In this document: positions 24,857 through 34,244 of the stretch, piece by piece
Position numbering within the stretch: the first letter of the stretch is position 1
Layout: the number at the start of each line of letters is the position of its first letter
The notes under the pieces: model-generated
What the model was told of the DNA's origin: nothing
What the model saw: the letters and a program-made list of their open reading frames with translations, nothing else
Database searches by the model: none
Position numbers and translations under genes: made by a program
NCBI GenBank assembly: GCA_016867835.1
Contig: VGIQ01000004.1
Coordinates: 1-54,344, forward strand
Reading direction: 5' to 3'
Length of the DNA stretch: 54,344 bases
Origin: Calditrichota bacterium
GTDB taxonomy: Bacteria; Electryoneota; AABM5-125-24; Hatepunaeales; Hatepunaeaceae

Positions 24857-26222
24857 ATCCGGCATAACGCTGCCGGCTGCCTTTCTCCTGTTTCCTATTT
24901 TCTTTGCCGCGCAGCCCCTCCCCGCAGCCTCACTGCTGAAGGTCGATCGCGGCTTACACGACGCCTTCGAACTGCTCGTCCTGCACTGTGACAGTGCCGC
25001 TGCATTCGACCTCGTCTATGACCGCGTCTCAGGTGAGGTCGAGATCGCCTTCAAAGATGGCGTGGTCTCGACTGAGGCTGCCGCTCAACTGACCGGGTTC
25101 AAGCCCGGCAGCGCCCTGCAATCGGCTTCGGTCGATGCCGGGTCGGGCTACATCCGCCTCAAGGTCGCCGGGACGGTATTTCTGCGCGAATACTACGTCG
25201 GCGGGCCGCCGGCGTTGATCCTCGACCTCTCGCGCCTGTCGGACGAAGCCGAACAGGTCGGCTCCCTGCCCTTCGAACTCAACCGGTCGGACTACCTCAA
25301 ACGTGGAGGTGAAGCCGAGCGCTCGGGGCGGCTCGAGGAGGCGCTTGCTTACGTCACCCGGGTGCAAGGCTCCAGTCCGTCCGATGTCGGGCTAACCCAT
25401 CGCGCCGGGGTGATTGAACAGCGGCTGGGCCGGTGGGCCGATGCACTCGAGACCTTTGGCCGCTCCGCCGGGACGACCGAACTGGCCGCCGATGCTCATG
25501 CCCGGAGGACGATGATCTACTTTGCAATGGGCGATCCGGCTGCGGCGACGCGCGAATGGTCGCATTACTTCCACCGCATCCGTCCCGAGCCGGTGCCAAC
25601 AGTCGAAGTCGCTGCCTCCCGGCCGGAGCCTGCAAATGTAAATCCCTCCCCGCTTCTTCGCCAGACCGAAGCGACCGCCCGCACCAAACGCGTTCTCGCC
25701 GACTTTATCCCGCCTCGCCTGCTTGATTTGGGTCCGACCGGGCATCTCGTTCTGGGTTGGGGATTGCTCCTTGCGGGAGTCGGTGCAATCCTGCTCTTGG
25801 CCTTCGGACAGCGCCGCTCGCCGTGGGACGAGGTTGTCGAACCGGAAGGTCCGCCTACCCGCCGCGAATCTTCTGACCACATCCCCAATTCCACCTATCG
25901 CACCTCGTCTATACCGACCACCCGTCAGGAGCAGCCGCCCCCGGTCGCCGCGAGCATCCTGGCAAACTACGTCTCATCTTCGGGCCGGACGGCACCGATT
26001 AATCCCGCCACCCGACGCGACCCCCCCGCTGCGACAGTGCATCGCATTCCCTCAGACCGGATACTTGAACTGCGGCGGGAGGGGGTCGATGAGTGGGATA
26101 TCGCAAGGCAACTTGGAATCGGCCGCGACGAGGTCTCGATGGTATTGAACCTTGCCCGGATAAGGAGAACGTTGAGCGATGATCGAAGGACCTTAACTGA
26201 AGTGCCGACCACTGACAACTGA
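24846..26222 (+). CDS. Hypothetical single-pass membrane protein: beta-rich N-domain, TPR-like region, TM helix, Pro-rich linker, C-terminal HTH-like motif
   Basis: Signal/anchor ITLPAAFLLFPIFFAAQPLPAA, TM HLVLGWGLLLAGVGAILLLAF, C-terminus ILELRREGVDEWDIARQLGIGRDEVSMVLNLAR. No family recognised. Confidence 0.6.
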   Translation: MVRESGITLPAAFLLFPIFFAAQPLPAASLLKVDRGLHDAFELLVLHCDSAAAFDLVYDRVSGEVEIAFKDGVVSTEAAAQLTGFKPGSALQSASVDAGSGYIRLKVAGTVFLREYYVGGPPALILDLSRLSDEAEQVGSLPFELNRSDYLKRGGEAERSGRLEEALAYVTRVQGSSPSDVGLTHRAGVIEQRLGRWADALETFGRSAGTTELAADAHARRTMIYFAMGDPAAATREWSHYFHRIRPEPVPTVEVAASRPEPANVNPSPLLRQTEATARTKRVLADFIPPRLLDLGPTGHLVLGWGLLLAGVGAILLLAFGQRRSPWDEVVEPEGPPTRRESSDHIPNSTYRTSSIPTTRQEQPPPVAASILANYVSSSGRTAPINPATRRDPPAATVHRIPSDRILELRREGVDEWDIARQLGIGRDEVSMVLNLARIRRTLSDDRRTLTEVPTTDN

Positions 26223-26262
26223 CCATTACATACGTCTGGGTCGTCAGGCTGCACTGGGGACA

Positions 26263-26847
26263 ATGGCAACCGGCTTCGCCCACGATCTCCGCAACGAACT
26301 GGCGGTCATCGCCGGAAACGCCCAGTTGCTGCTCCTAAGGGTGCACAAAGTCGAGCCCGAGGACCTTGCCCGACGGCTTGCGCTCATCATGGAGCACGTC
26401 GAGCGGATCGAAGCATCCCTCGACCAACTCTATGCCTTTAGACATAACGGATCTGATGCGCAGCCGTCTTACAAGCCCGGCGATATGATCTCTACCGCGC
26501 TCAATGTCGTCCAGAAGGCACACCCGGAGTGCGAAATTGTAATGGATGTTCCGACCGTTGACCTGCCGGAATTGGGGGTCGAGCCGGCGCTGCTGCTCTT
26601 TCTTTTGACGGAATTCCTTCACCTATGTGTCCGGGAGGCAAATGGCAAGGTGGAGCTGTCGGTAGCGAGGCAGGCTGATTGCTTTCAGGTTGAGGCAAGA
26701 AACGTTTACCGTGAATTCCCGGGAAGCGAATTCGACTGGTTGAAAGAGGTGGCGCAGTCGGTCGGGATCACGTTGCAGAGGATCCGAGACGGTGAGGTGA
26801 TGACCAGGCGAATCATAGTTCCCCTCGCAAATAAAACAGATGAGTAA
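26263..26847 (+). CDS. Soluble histidine-kinase-like protein with an H-box but a degenerate ATP-binding domain
   Basis: H-box FAHDLRNELAVIAGNAQLL. The C-terminal half lacks recognisable G1 (DxGxG) and G2 (GxGxGL) boxes. Confidence 0.55.
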   Translation: MATGFAHDLRNELAVIAGNAQLLLLRVHKVEPEDLARRLALIMEHVERIEASLDQLYAFRHNGSDAQPSYKPGDMISTALNVVQKAHPECEIVMDVPTVDLPELGVEPALLLFLLTEFLHLCVREANGKVELSVARQADCFQVEARNVYREFPGSEFDWLKEVAQSVGITLQRIRDGEVMTRRIIVPLANKTDE

Positions 26848-26873
26848 TGGTTGTTATATTCATATTGATGAGC

Positions 26874-27012
26874 GCAGTATCATCTTGTTTCGTCCCCCCG
26901 CTCAGCGGGGGGACTACAGGGGGGTAGAAGTGCAACCCCATATTGCCCCCCCTTTTATTCCCCCCCGCGGAGCAGGGGGGAGAAGACAAGAACTAACTGC
27001 ACCAAGTAGTAG
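26874..27012. repeat. ~138-bp structured repeat R3, copy B
   Basis: Aligns with the reverse complement of 8597-8732. Hairpins tccccccgctcagcgggggga and tcccccccgcggagcagggggga. Confidence 0.85.
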
Positions 27013-27063
27013 CATCGTCAGGTTAAACTAAATCTGTCTTGTAATAATAAATGACCTTTGAAT

Positions 27064-27134
27064 GTCGTTCCCGCGAAGGCGGGAACCCAGACCAGCGCGA
27101 CTTGTCAGGATGCCCGTTTGCGCGGGCAAGACGC
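27064..27134. repeat. R4-family palindromic repeats
   Basis: gtcgttcccgcgaaggcgggaaccc and tgcccgtttgcgcgggca. Confidence 0.6.
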
Positions 27135-27220
27135 AACTATAATCGCACTGACTTATTCAAGCCATGTTAGGACACGACACATCATCCGGCACAAATCGAA
27201 ACGACAGGCTGCCAGACTGC

Positions 27221-29656
27221 TCACCCGGTTCCCCGTCCCGTAAGCCAGCCCCAAAGGGTCGGCTTTCTCCAGTCAACTTCCCGCCATTCTCCCCCCGCCG
27301 CTTCGAAGAGTAATGCACCGGTTTCGGCAGTCTGACGCACCTCCACCCCTCTCGCTCTAAGACGCGCAAGCACTTTCCGACTAACGGAATACTTCCCGCC
27401 TTCGTCCCGTCCGGCTTGTTGGATCACTGCCAACCTTGGCGCGACCGCCGCAAGAAACTCGTCTGATGTCGAGGTTGCTGAGCCGTGATGAGACACCTTC
27501 AAGAGTCCAGCCTCAATATCGAGACCGCTTTGAAGCAGGGCGCGCTCGCCGCGAGCCTCAATGTCGCCAAGGGTTATGAGGCGAAGCCTGCCATATTCTC
27601 CCGTATCGATGCTCAAATGGAGGCCCAGCGATCCGTCGTTGTCGTCCCACCCGGCAATATTCTGTGGCGGAGCGACGACCTTTAGTTCGCAGTTGTCGTC
27701 AAGACCGGCTATATCTATCCCGCGCTCTGCATACTGCCAGCCTATGCCGCGGCGCCGTCCCAACCTCTCTATCCTCCGCCAGGTCTTCGAAGAAGACACC
27801 GCCTCCGGCATCAGAATCGTCGCGACCGATACTTGCTTTATCACTGCTCGCGCTCCGCCGATATGATCGGCGTCAAGGTGACTGAAGACCAGGAGATCGA
27901 GGCGCTCGATGGCACGACTTCGCAGATAGGAGGCGACCGGTCCCGGCGACCGGCTCGGCGATTCCGGCCCGCAATCGACCAGAATTCGACGCCCTGCCGG
28001 TGTCTGCCAGAGTTGAGCGTCGCCGTGACCGACATCGAAGAACCATACCCGGAAGTTGGACGACCCGGCAAAGAACTGATCCGCAACGACAATCGAAGTT
28101 ATCATAAGCAGCGTTATTATCCAGCGCTGCATTGCACGCTCTTTAGCGATAATTGGCCACAAGATCATAATCATCATTACAGCAACTGCCAGCGGCGTCA
28201 GGTGCATAGTCCAGACTGGAGCGCCCGAGGCGAAGAGTTCGCAGAGCAACTGCCACAGTGCCAGCACTCCATTGGCGCCTTCAGCCAAAAGCCGTCCGAG
28301 TGGCAGGTAGATCAGGCTTCCGAAGATCGCCGCCCACATACCCGTAAAGGCGAAGCCAAGCAGCGGCACTGCGACGAGGTTATAGAGCGGTGCGCCGACC
28401 GGCACCGCACCGAAATGATGCGAAAGTAGAGGTGACGTGAATAGACTCGCCGCCAGCGATATCCCCAATGCCGACCAGACCCATAAAGCGAATCCACGCG
28501 GACGTTGCGACATCGTGGAAAGACCCAGCCAGCGATTATGAATCAGCAGAATGCCGGCGGTTGCAGCAAACGAGAGTTGCGTTCCGGTGTCGAAGAGTTC
28601 ACCCGGACGCAGGATCAGGAGGAACATGCCGGCTGCGCCTAACGCGTTCAAGGTAGGTGTCCATCGTTTCAAGATGATCCCACCGACAAGAAAGGATGCC
28701 ATCAGTCCGGCGCGCAGCGTCGAACCGCGATCGGGAATAAGCCAGAGATAAATCCATAGGAAGAGCAATGCCAAAGCGCCCCGCCGTGCCGGTGGCAACC
28801 GCAGCAGCCCTCCGGTCAAGTAAAAGATCGCCGTCATGAACCCAACATGGAGGCCCGACAAAGCGAGAAGATGCGACAAACCGGTATCCTGCAGGTCGCG
28901 CGTCAACGCTGGATCCAAATGGCTTCGGTAGCCAATCAGGAGGCTCTTCCAGAGCGCTTTATGCGGCTCACCAAGGTCGCTTGAGAGTCTATGGATGCCG
29001 TTCTGTAGGTCATAGCGCAGGCGAGCCAAGCGATCTGGTGCCTTAATGGAAATCGAGTCTGAAGACGTCTTCCTAAGACGCCCATTCATCAGCCCGATAA
29101 AGCCATGCCGGGTTCGATATGACGCCAGTTCAAAGTCGCCTGGATTGCGCCGCGAAGGGTGGGATGATAATGTTCCGCTTACTGAGAGACGCTCGCCTAA
29201 CTTCGGAGCCTCTTTCAGGCCGGACAGGTGGAGCCAGACCTTGCGATCTGATAGCGCTTCCGCTTTCGGTGATGATGAAACGTCAACGATCCGCGCCGGG
29301 AACGAATAGCCTCTTGAACGCTGAACCGGCTGATCGAGTACTTCAACTTGTGCAATTAGCCGAACCGGGCGAAAGTTGCGCTCCATCGGAACGGCTTTGA
29401 TCGAGGCAGCGCCCGCTGCGACGAGACCGATTAGCGCAAAGCCGGTTGCGGTGGAAGCGCCTCTTGGCAGGCGAGAAGCGAACCAGGAGAGGATGAGGAA
29501 CGATGCAGCAAGGCAGGCGAGGGTAGGGAATCCAATGTCGATCCAGTAGCCTGCGGCGATCCCCAAGGCGAGGAAGACTGCGGCTTTAACGGCAGGCAGG
29601 ACGATCAGCGGTGGAAGCAGGCGGGTGGGATGGGTTTCCCGAGTATCAAGTATCAA
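27221..29656 (-). CDS. comEC: DNA-uptake channel protein ComEC/Rec2 with C-terminal metallo-beta-lactamase domain
   Basis: 811 aa, polytopic competence domain, then FFDVGHGDAQLW...SHLDADHIGG...VSHHGS. The only upstream in-frame start (TTG 29656) lies inside a heptamer array, so the start is uncertain. Confidence 0.9.
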   Translation of the reverse strand: MILDTRETHPTRLLPPLIVLPAVKAAVFLALGIAAGYWIDIGFPTLACLAASFLILSWFASRLPRGASTATGFALIGLVAAGAASIKAVPMERNFRPVRLIAQVEVLDQPVQRSRGYSFPARIVDVSSSPKAEALSDRKVWLHLSGLKEAPKLGERLSVSGTLSSHPSRRNPGDFELASYRTRHGFIGLMNGRLRKTSSDSISIKAPDRLARLRYDLQNGIHRLSSDLGEPHKALWKSLLIGYRSHLDPALTRDLQDTGLSHLLALSGLHVGFMTAIFYLTGGLLRLPPARRGALALLFLWIYLWLIPDRGSTLRAGLMASFLVGGIILKRWTPTLNALGAAGMFLLILRPGELFDTGTQLSFAATAGILLIHNRWLGLSTMSQRPRGFALWVWSALGISLAASLFTSPLLSHHFGAVPVGAPLYNLVAVPLLGFAFTGMWAAIFGSLIYLPLGRLLAEGANGVLALWQLLCELFASGAPVWTMHLTPLAVAVMMIMILWPIIAKERAMQRWIITLLMITSIVVADQFFAGSSNFRVWFFDVGHGDAQLWQTPAGRRILVDCGPESPSRSPGPVASYLRSRAIERLDLLVFSHLDADHIGGARAVIKQVSVATILMPEAVSSSKTWRRIERLGRRRGIGWQYAERGIDIAGLDDNCELKVVAPPQNIAGWDDNDGSLGLHLSIDTGEYGRLRLITLGDIEARGERALLQSGLDIEAGLLKVSHHGSATSTSDEFLAAVAPRLAVIQQAGRDEGGKYSVSRKVLARLRARGVEVRQTAETGALLFEAAGGEWREVDWRKPTLWGWLTGRGTG

Positions 29657-29699
29657 GTATCAAGTGTCAAGTATCAAGTAACAAGTGTCAAGAAGCAAG
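29644..29699. repeat. Heptanucleotide tandem array (TATCAAG-like x 8)
   Basis: tatcaag tatcaag tatcaag tgtcaag tatcaag taacaag tgtcaag aagcaag. Confidence 0.9.
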
Positions 29700-29751
29700 A
29701 TTGATAAAGTGTTGCTATTCACTTCTTCGTTGCTTTGTGGTGTCTGTCGTT

Positions 29752-31095
29752 TTAGTTCTTTCCCACCACCAGCGTCATGCCCTCAAGGCGCCGTATCTTC
29801 ACTTCGGAACCCGATTCGATCACCGCCGGATCTTCCGGTCCTTCCCAGACCGCCTTCCAGTATTCTCCTTCGACGAGCACCATGCCCTCCGGTGTAAAGG
29901 GCGAAATCACCTTCGCCGTCGCCCCGACGAGCGCTTCCTGACCGGTCGAGACTTTGCGCGCCTGGGCGCGTATCCCCAGCGCGATGGCAAAGAGGAAGAA
30001 GAGCACCGTGAAGAGCACCGCGGGGATGATCACCCCGATCGAGACCCTAATCGCAGGGACGGCAGGATCGAAGAGCATCAGCGAACCGAGGAAGAGGCTG
30101 ACCGCCCCACCGACGGTCAGAACGCCGTAACTGGCCACCTTGATCTCCAGTAAAAGCAATATGATGCCGAAGATGATGAGGAGCACGCCGACGGCGTTGA
30201 CCGGCAGCGCCTGGAAGGCAAAGAAGGCAAGAAGTAGCCCCAGCCCACCGAGAACTCCCGGCAGCACAGCTCCGGGGTTGTAGAACTCGAACAGAATGCC
30301 GTAAATGCCTATCATCATAAAGATATAGGCAATGTTGGGATCGCTGATGCGGTTGAAGAACCGCTCGCGCCAGGTCATTTCAATGGTGCGGATGGTCACC
30401 GAGTCGACAACAAGCGTCCTGGTAGACGACTTCAGTTGCACTTCACGGCCGTCGATGGCCTTGAGAAGCGAATCTACGGACGGTGCCATAAGGTCTATAA
30501 CGCCGTTGGTGAGGGCATCGATGGCGGTGATGGCGGCGCTCTCGCGGACTGCCTTCTCGGCCCATTCGACGTTGCGGCCCCGGGTCTGAGCGATAGACCG
30601 GATAAGCGCTGCGGCGTCGTTGGTCGCCTTGTCGCTCATGATGCGGCTGTTCGAGGTGTCGGGGGCACCTCCGCCGGGCAGACCTCCGCCCCCGATCGAG
30701 ACGGGATGCGCAGCACCGATGTTGGTCCCCGGCGCCATCGCTGCTATGTGCGCAGCGAGGGTTATAAAGACTCCCGCCGAACCGGCTCGCGCGCCGTCGG
30801 GCGCCACATAGACGATCACCGGAACCTCGGCGGCAAGAAAGCGCTGCACGATCTGACGGGTCGCTTCGAGCAATCCGCCCGGGGTGTCGAGTTCGATTAG
30901 GAGCGCATCCGCGCGTTCGCGTTCGGCACGGTCAACGGCGTCGATGACGAACTTCGCCGATACCGGGTTGATGACGCCCTGCACCTCGATCCGGTGCACC
31001 TCGGCGGCATCAACTTGCGATGCGCCAACGGCCAGAATGAGCGCCAGGAGTAATGTTGGACGCTTCACAAATAGCCCGTAATTCGCATCATTCAC
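29752..31095 (-). CDS. nfeD: NfeD-family membrane-bound ClpP-class serine protease
   Basis: Signal peptide, IELDTPGGLLEATRQIV, central TM bundle, C-terminal OB-like NfeD domain (VLVEGEYWKAV...). Confidence 0.85.
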   Translation of the reverse strand: MNDANYGLFVKRPTLLLALILAVGASQVDAAEVHRIEVQGVINPVSAKFVIDAVDRAERERADALLIELDTPGGLLEATRQIVQRFLAAEVPVIVYVAPDGARAGSAGVFITLAAHIAAMAPGTNIGAAHPVSIGGGGLPGGGAPDTSNSRIMSDKATNDAAALIRSIAQTRGRNVEWAEKAVRESAAITAIDALTNGVIDLMAPSVDSLLKAIDGREVQLKSSTRTLVVDSVTIRTIEMTWRERFFNRISDPNIAYIFMMIGIYGILFEFYNPGAVLPGVLGGLGLLLAFFAFQALPVNAVGVLLIIFGIILLLLEIKVASYGVLTVGGAVSLFLGSLMLFDPAVPAIRVSIGVIIPAVLFTVLFFLFAIALGIRAQARKVSTGQEALVGATAKVISPFTPEGMVLVEGEYWKAVWEGPEDPAVIESGSEVKIRRLEGMTLVVGKN

Positions 31096-31104
31096 ATATC
31101 CAAT

Positions 31105-31125
31105 CTTGTCACTTGATACTTGATA
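31105..31125. repeat. Heptanucleotide array (CTTGATA-like x 3), inverted relative to 29644-29699
   Basis: cttgtca cttgata cttgata, between the nfeD start and the OMP stop. Confidence 0.8.
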
Positions 31126-31127
31126 CC

Positions 31128-32660
31128 TCAGAACTGCGACGTCAGCGTTACCTTGACGCCCTTAAGCGGGTTGACGTTTCGGCACAAACCTCCCGAACAG
31201 CGGATGCCGCCCCGCTCATAGCCATAAAAGAGCCGCAACTGGTGATTTTCGACGGCGGTAATAGCCAGCTCTGCCGACGGCCAGTAACCGTCCGCGCCCC
31301 AGAACTTCCGGTTGGCTTCACTATTGAGCCGCACCCCGCTGATGTCGTAAATATCCCCCGACCGCTCGCATAAGAATGTAATGGTGCCGAGTCGCGGTTT
31401 GGAGACCGAAAACGACACCAGGGCGTCCCGGAACTGCCGGTCGCCATAGAGCCAGTTGCCGCTCGGATCCTGCCCTTGAAAGACCTCATGCAGCATCACA
31501 TTCCAGAGGTGCTGAAACTCGGTAGTAAAGGCGATGTCATGCATCCAGCGATGCTCATAATGCGCGCCGCCGCCATAGCGATGCCAGAACGAGGTCTGTT
31601 CCTTATATCCGGCCAGCACAGCATACCGGTCCCCGCCGGGCAGACTCCGCTCGGCTTTCGACCAGAGGCTCCAGTAAGGTCCGAGATAGTCCCGATAGGA
31701 CGGCAGCATCGTCAGGACGTTCTGCCGCGACACTTGGTCGTAGTTGATCTTGACCGACCAGTCGAACGGAAGCGCGAGGTTAATATCGGTCTGAAGGCCG
31801 ACTTCGTTGTCGTAGTAGGGTGTATGCGGGTAGCGGTCGAAGACGTTGAAGGTAACCTCCGGCTGCACCGGCGGCGGATACTGCAACGCCGGCGTAAAGT
31901 AGGGCGGCAGGCGGTAGTTCTTGTAGTCGATCACGGCGCCCCAACCGGTGCCATAGAGTTCGAGCGCGCTGTAGAAGCCGTGTGAAAACCGGCCGCCAAC
32001 AGGATCGAAACTATCCGCGACATAGACGACGTAGGCCTGTCCAAAGTCGAAGGGGTAATTGACCTCGTAGCCGCGTCGATCGAAGGCCGTATGACGGGGA
32101 CCTTCGTCGAAGTGCAGAATAGAAGTCCCCAGCCGGAGCCCAAAGGGCAGCCGGTAGCCTAAGTTCAAGCCTTCGGCCGACTCCTGCGCCACGCCGCTGG
32201 TGTCGATTTCGCCACCGCGAAAGATCGCGCCCTCGAAGTCCTCGTAGGCGCCTTCGACGAGAACTCCCTGCAGACCGGTGTCGTAGTTGATCTCCCGCAC
32301 CTCAGTCATTCCCATGATAAGGCCGCGCCCCCAGTTGCGGTAGAAGTCGCCGCCCCGGATGGTCAGATAGTCGCCGCGATACTCGAGGTATTTTTTATCG
32401 ATAGCGCGAAAGCCCGATTGCTCGACGCCGAACTCCGAGGGGTGGAGGAATCTCTGACGCAAATGAAGCCGAAAGGCTTCGTGAGTGGCGTCGATCTCGA
32501 GGTCATTCTCAAAATACCCCCAGTTGCCGGCCGGCTTTAGTATGTCGCCGGTGCCGCGTCGGGCGTAGCGCAGTTCGTTCTGTCCGGAGATGCCTCCGGC
32601 CAGAATTTCTCCGGTGGTGCCTAACAGAATTGCCAGTGCCAGGATGCCGGGTCGTTTCAC
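31128..32660 (-). CDS. Outer-membrane beta-barrel protein, unknown family
   Basis: Signal peptide MKRPGILALAILLGTTGEILA, Tyr/Gly-rich alternating strands, C-terminal ...VKVTLTSQF (terminal Phe, an OMP signature). Confidence 0.7.
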   Translation of the reverse strand: MKRPGILALAILLGTTGEILAGGISGQNELRYARRGTGDILKPAGNWGYFENDLEIDATHEAFRLHLRQRFLHPSEFGVEQSGFRAIDKKYLEYRGDYLTIRGGDFYRNWGRGLIMGMTEVREINYDTGLQGVLVEGAYEDFEGAIFRGGEIDTSGVAQESAEGLNLGYRLPFGLRLGTSILHFDEGPRHTAFDRRGYEVNYPFDFGQAYVVYVADSFDPVGGRFSHGFYSALELYGTGWGAVIDYKNYRLPPYFTPALQYPPPVQPEVTFNVFDRYPHTPYYDNEVGLQTDINLALPFDWSVKINYDQVSRQNVLTMLPSYRDYLGPYWSLWSKAERSLPGGDRYAVLAGYKEQTSFWHRYGGGAHYEHRWMHDIAFTTEFQHLWNVMLHEVFQGQDPSGNWLYGDRQFRDALVSFSVSKPRLGTITFLCERSGDIYDISGVRLNSEANRKFWGADGYWPSAELAITAVENHQLRLFYGYERGGIRCSGGLCRNVNPLKGVKVTLTSQF

Positions 32661-33208
32661 TCGTCAGCCGCCGATGGCGTCGATTCACCTGCCGGTTCCG
32701 TTACTGAAGGCTCCTTGCCGAAATAGGCGGCGACTGCGGCTTCCAGTTTCTTTTCGTCACCCGGGACATAACCGACATGACTGTAAAGGATCTCCCCCGA
32801 AGGCGCAATCAATGCGGTGAAGGGCATCGTCGTCCCTCCAAAAAGGCGGCGCACCTCCATCGTCTCGTCGAGCAGGACGAGGAAGTTGTCCCACCCTTCG
32901 GCCTTGATCAGCGGCTTCACCTTCGACCGGCTCTTGGTGTTATCGACCGAAACCGCGACGACCCGCAGTCCATCCTTGCGGTAGGCTTGCTCGATCTTCT
33001 CGATCATCGGCAGTTCCTCAAGACAGGGCTTGCACCAAGTCGCCCAGAAGTCGAGCAGGATGGGACCCTCCTTCAGCAGTTTCGATAGTTTATGGGTCTT
33101 GCCATCGACATCCTTTAGGCTGAAGTCGGGCGCCTTGTCGGCAGCAAATGCTGCGGTACCGGCAAGGGCGGTGGTGAATAGTGCTATGATGAAGCGGCGA
33201 AGGGGCAT
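32657..33208 (-). CDS. Periplasmic thiol:disulfide oxidoreductase, TlpA/ResA/redoxin family
   Basis: Signal peptide from ATG 33208 (MPLRRFIIALFTTALAGTAAFA). Active site FWATWCKPC. Its stop overlaps the OMP GTG (GTGA). Confidence 0.85.
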   Translation of the reverse strand: MPLRRFIIALFTTALAGTAAFAADKAPDFSLKDVDGKTHKLSKLLKEGPILLDFWATWCKPCLEELPMIEKIEQAYRKDGLRVVAVSVDNTKSRSKVKPLIKAEGWDNFLVLLDETMEVRRLFGGTTMPFTALIAPSGEILYSHVGYVPGDEKKLEAAVAAYFGKEPSVTEPAGESTPSAADE

Positions 33209-33282
33209 GGGACTCCTCAAGAGTGGTCGGGCAGGCAAACCTTGCCAGCGCTGGTAACTAATCAAAATAACTCCATTTGTGG

Positions 33283-33317
33283 CGCAAAAGCAAAGGGGAG
33301 CGGCATCGCCGCTCCCC
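33283..33317 (-). terminator. Rho-independent terminator closing the BMC-aldolase operon
   Basis: The minus strand reads GGGGAGCGGC-gat-GCCGCTCCCC followed by tttgcttttg, about 45 nt after the aldolase stop. Confidence 0.7.
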
Positions 33318-33362
33318 CTCGCACCCTGAATAGCGCATCGGGCGATGCGCATAGTGCCACTT

Positions 33363-34157
33363 TTACATGCGCCCCTCCTCGATGATTCTTCGCACTAAAG
33401 GCGCCAACCGTTCGATGTCGGCGTCAACGATGCTCTCAAGCGGCGAACGCGGCTTAAGAGCGGGTGTATAGCGGCCGGATATCGTGAAGCGTGGCTTGGC
33501 CGGCTTCGCGGCTCCTGACCGGTAACGTTCGAGCGAGGACTGCACCTGCGCCATTTCTTGAGGCGACAGCGGTCGCACCGGCCCGAGCAAACGCGCCGAG
33601 TGGGTCACCCGGGCGGCGAACTCAAGCCGTTCCAACTTGTGATAGGCTTCCCAAAGCGTCGTGCCGACCGTAAGCGAACCGTGCCGGTCGAGGATGACGG
33701 CATCATGCTTGCCGATCGCTTCTTTGATCACGTCCGCTCCTTCCGGTGAAGCGGGGGCGGCAAATAACGTCGTCGGGATTGAGCCGAGCGACATCACCAC
33801 TTCGGGCAGGAGCGCGTCGGCGAGCGACTCTCCGGCAAGGGTGAAAGCGACTGCATAGGGCGGGTGGGCGTGAATCGCCGCCAGGACGTCGGGCCTCAGG
33901 CGATAGGCAGCCAGATGCAGGAGCACTTCACTGGAGACCCGCCCCCCCCGGATGGTGTTGCCAAACTCGTCGCATATGACGAGGTCGCGATCGGTCAAAT
34001 CGCCTTTGCAGATGCCGGAGCGGGTCACCAGAAAGCGTCCCCGCCCCAGCCGCACCGAAAGGTTGCCGTCGGTCGCGACGACGAAATTCTTCTCATACAT
34101 CCGTTTGCCGACCGCGATCACTTCGCGTCGGGCGGAAGATTCGGAAATCGGCGTCAT
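33363..34157 (-). CDS. Class II (Zn) aldolase/adducin-family enzyme (fuculose/rhamnulose-1-phosphate aldolase-like) with a ~50-aa C-terminal extension
   Basis: ATDGNLSVRL, SSEVLLHLAAY, AIHAHPPYA (HxH), ILDRHGSLTVG. Tail ...PRSPLESIVDADIERLAPLVRRIIEEGRM. ATG 34157 is preferred over TTG 34190. Confidence 0.85.
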   Translation of the reverse strand: MTPISESSARREVIAVGKRMYEKNFVVATDGNLSVRLGRGRFLVTRSGICKGDLTDRDLVICDEFGNTIRGGRVSSEVLLHLAAYRLRPDVLAAIHAHPPYAVAFTLAGESLADALLPEVVMSLGSIPTTLFAAPASPEGADVIKEAIGKHDAVILDRHGSLTVGTTLWEAYHKLERLEFAARVTHSARLLGPVRPLSPQEMAQVQSSLERYRSGAAKPAKPRFTISGRYTPALKPRSPLESIVDADIERLAPLVRRIIEEGRM

Positions 34158-34244
34158 GGGTTGCCAGGCTCCGTGCCTTGTTTGCCGCAATTCATTGCGG
34201 CATTAGCCTCGATGAATCGAAGCATACCATTGTAATGCAAGAAA

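Noticed and set aside
33942-33949. Homopolymer tracts in intact genes (G8 on the coding strand of the aldolase at 33942-33949; C7 in the HDOD gene near 24706; C7 near 26020) as phase-variation switches
   Set aside because: The reading frames are intact and the runs encode Gly/Pro codons expected in a GC-rich genome. Only the C7 at 13428-13434, which actually breaks a frame, is reported as a main finding.
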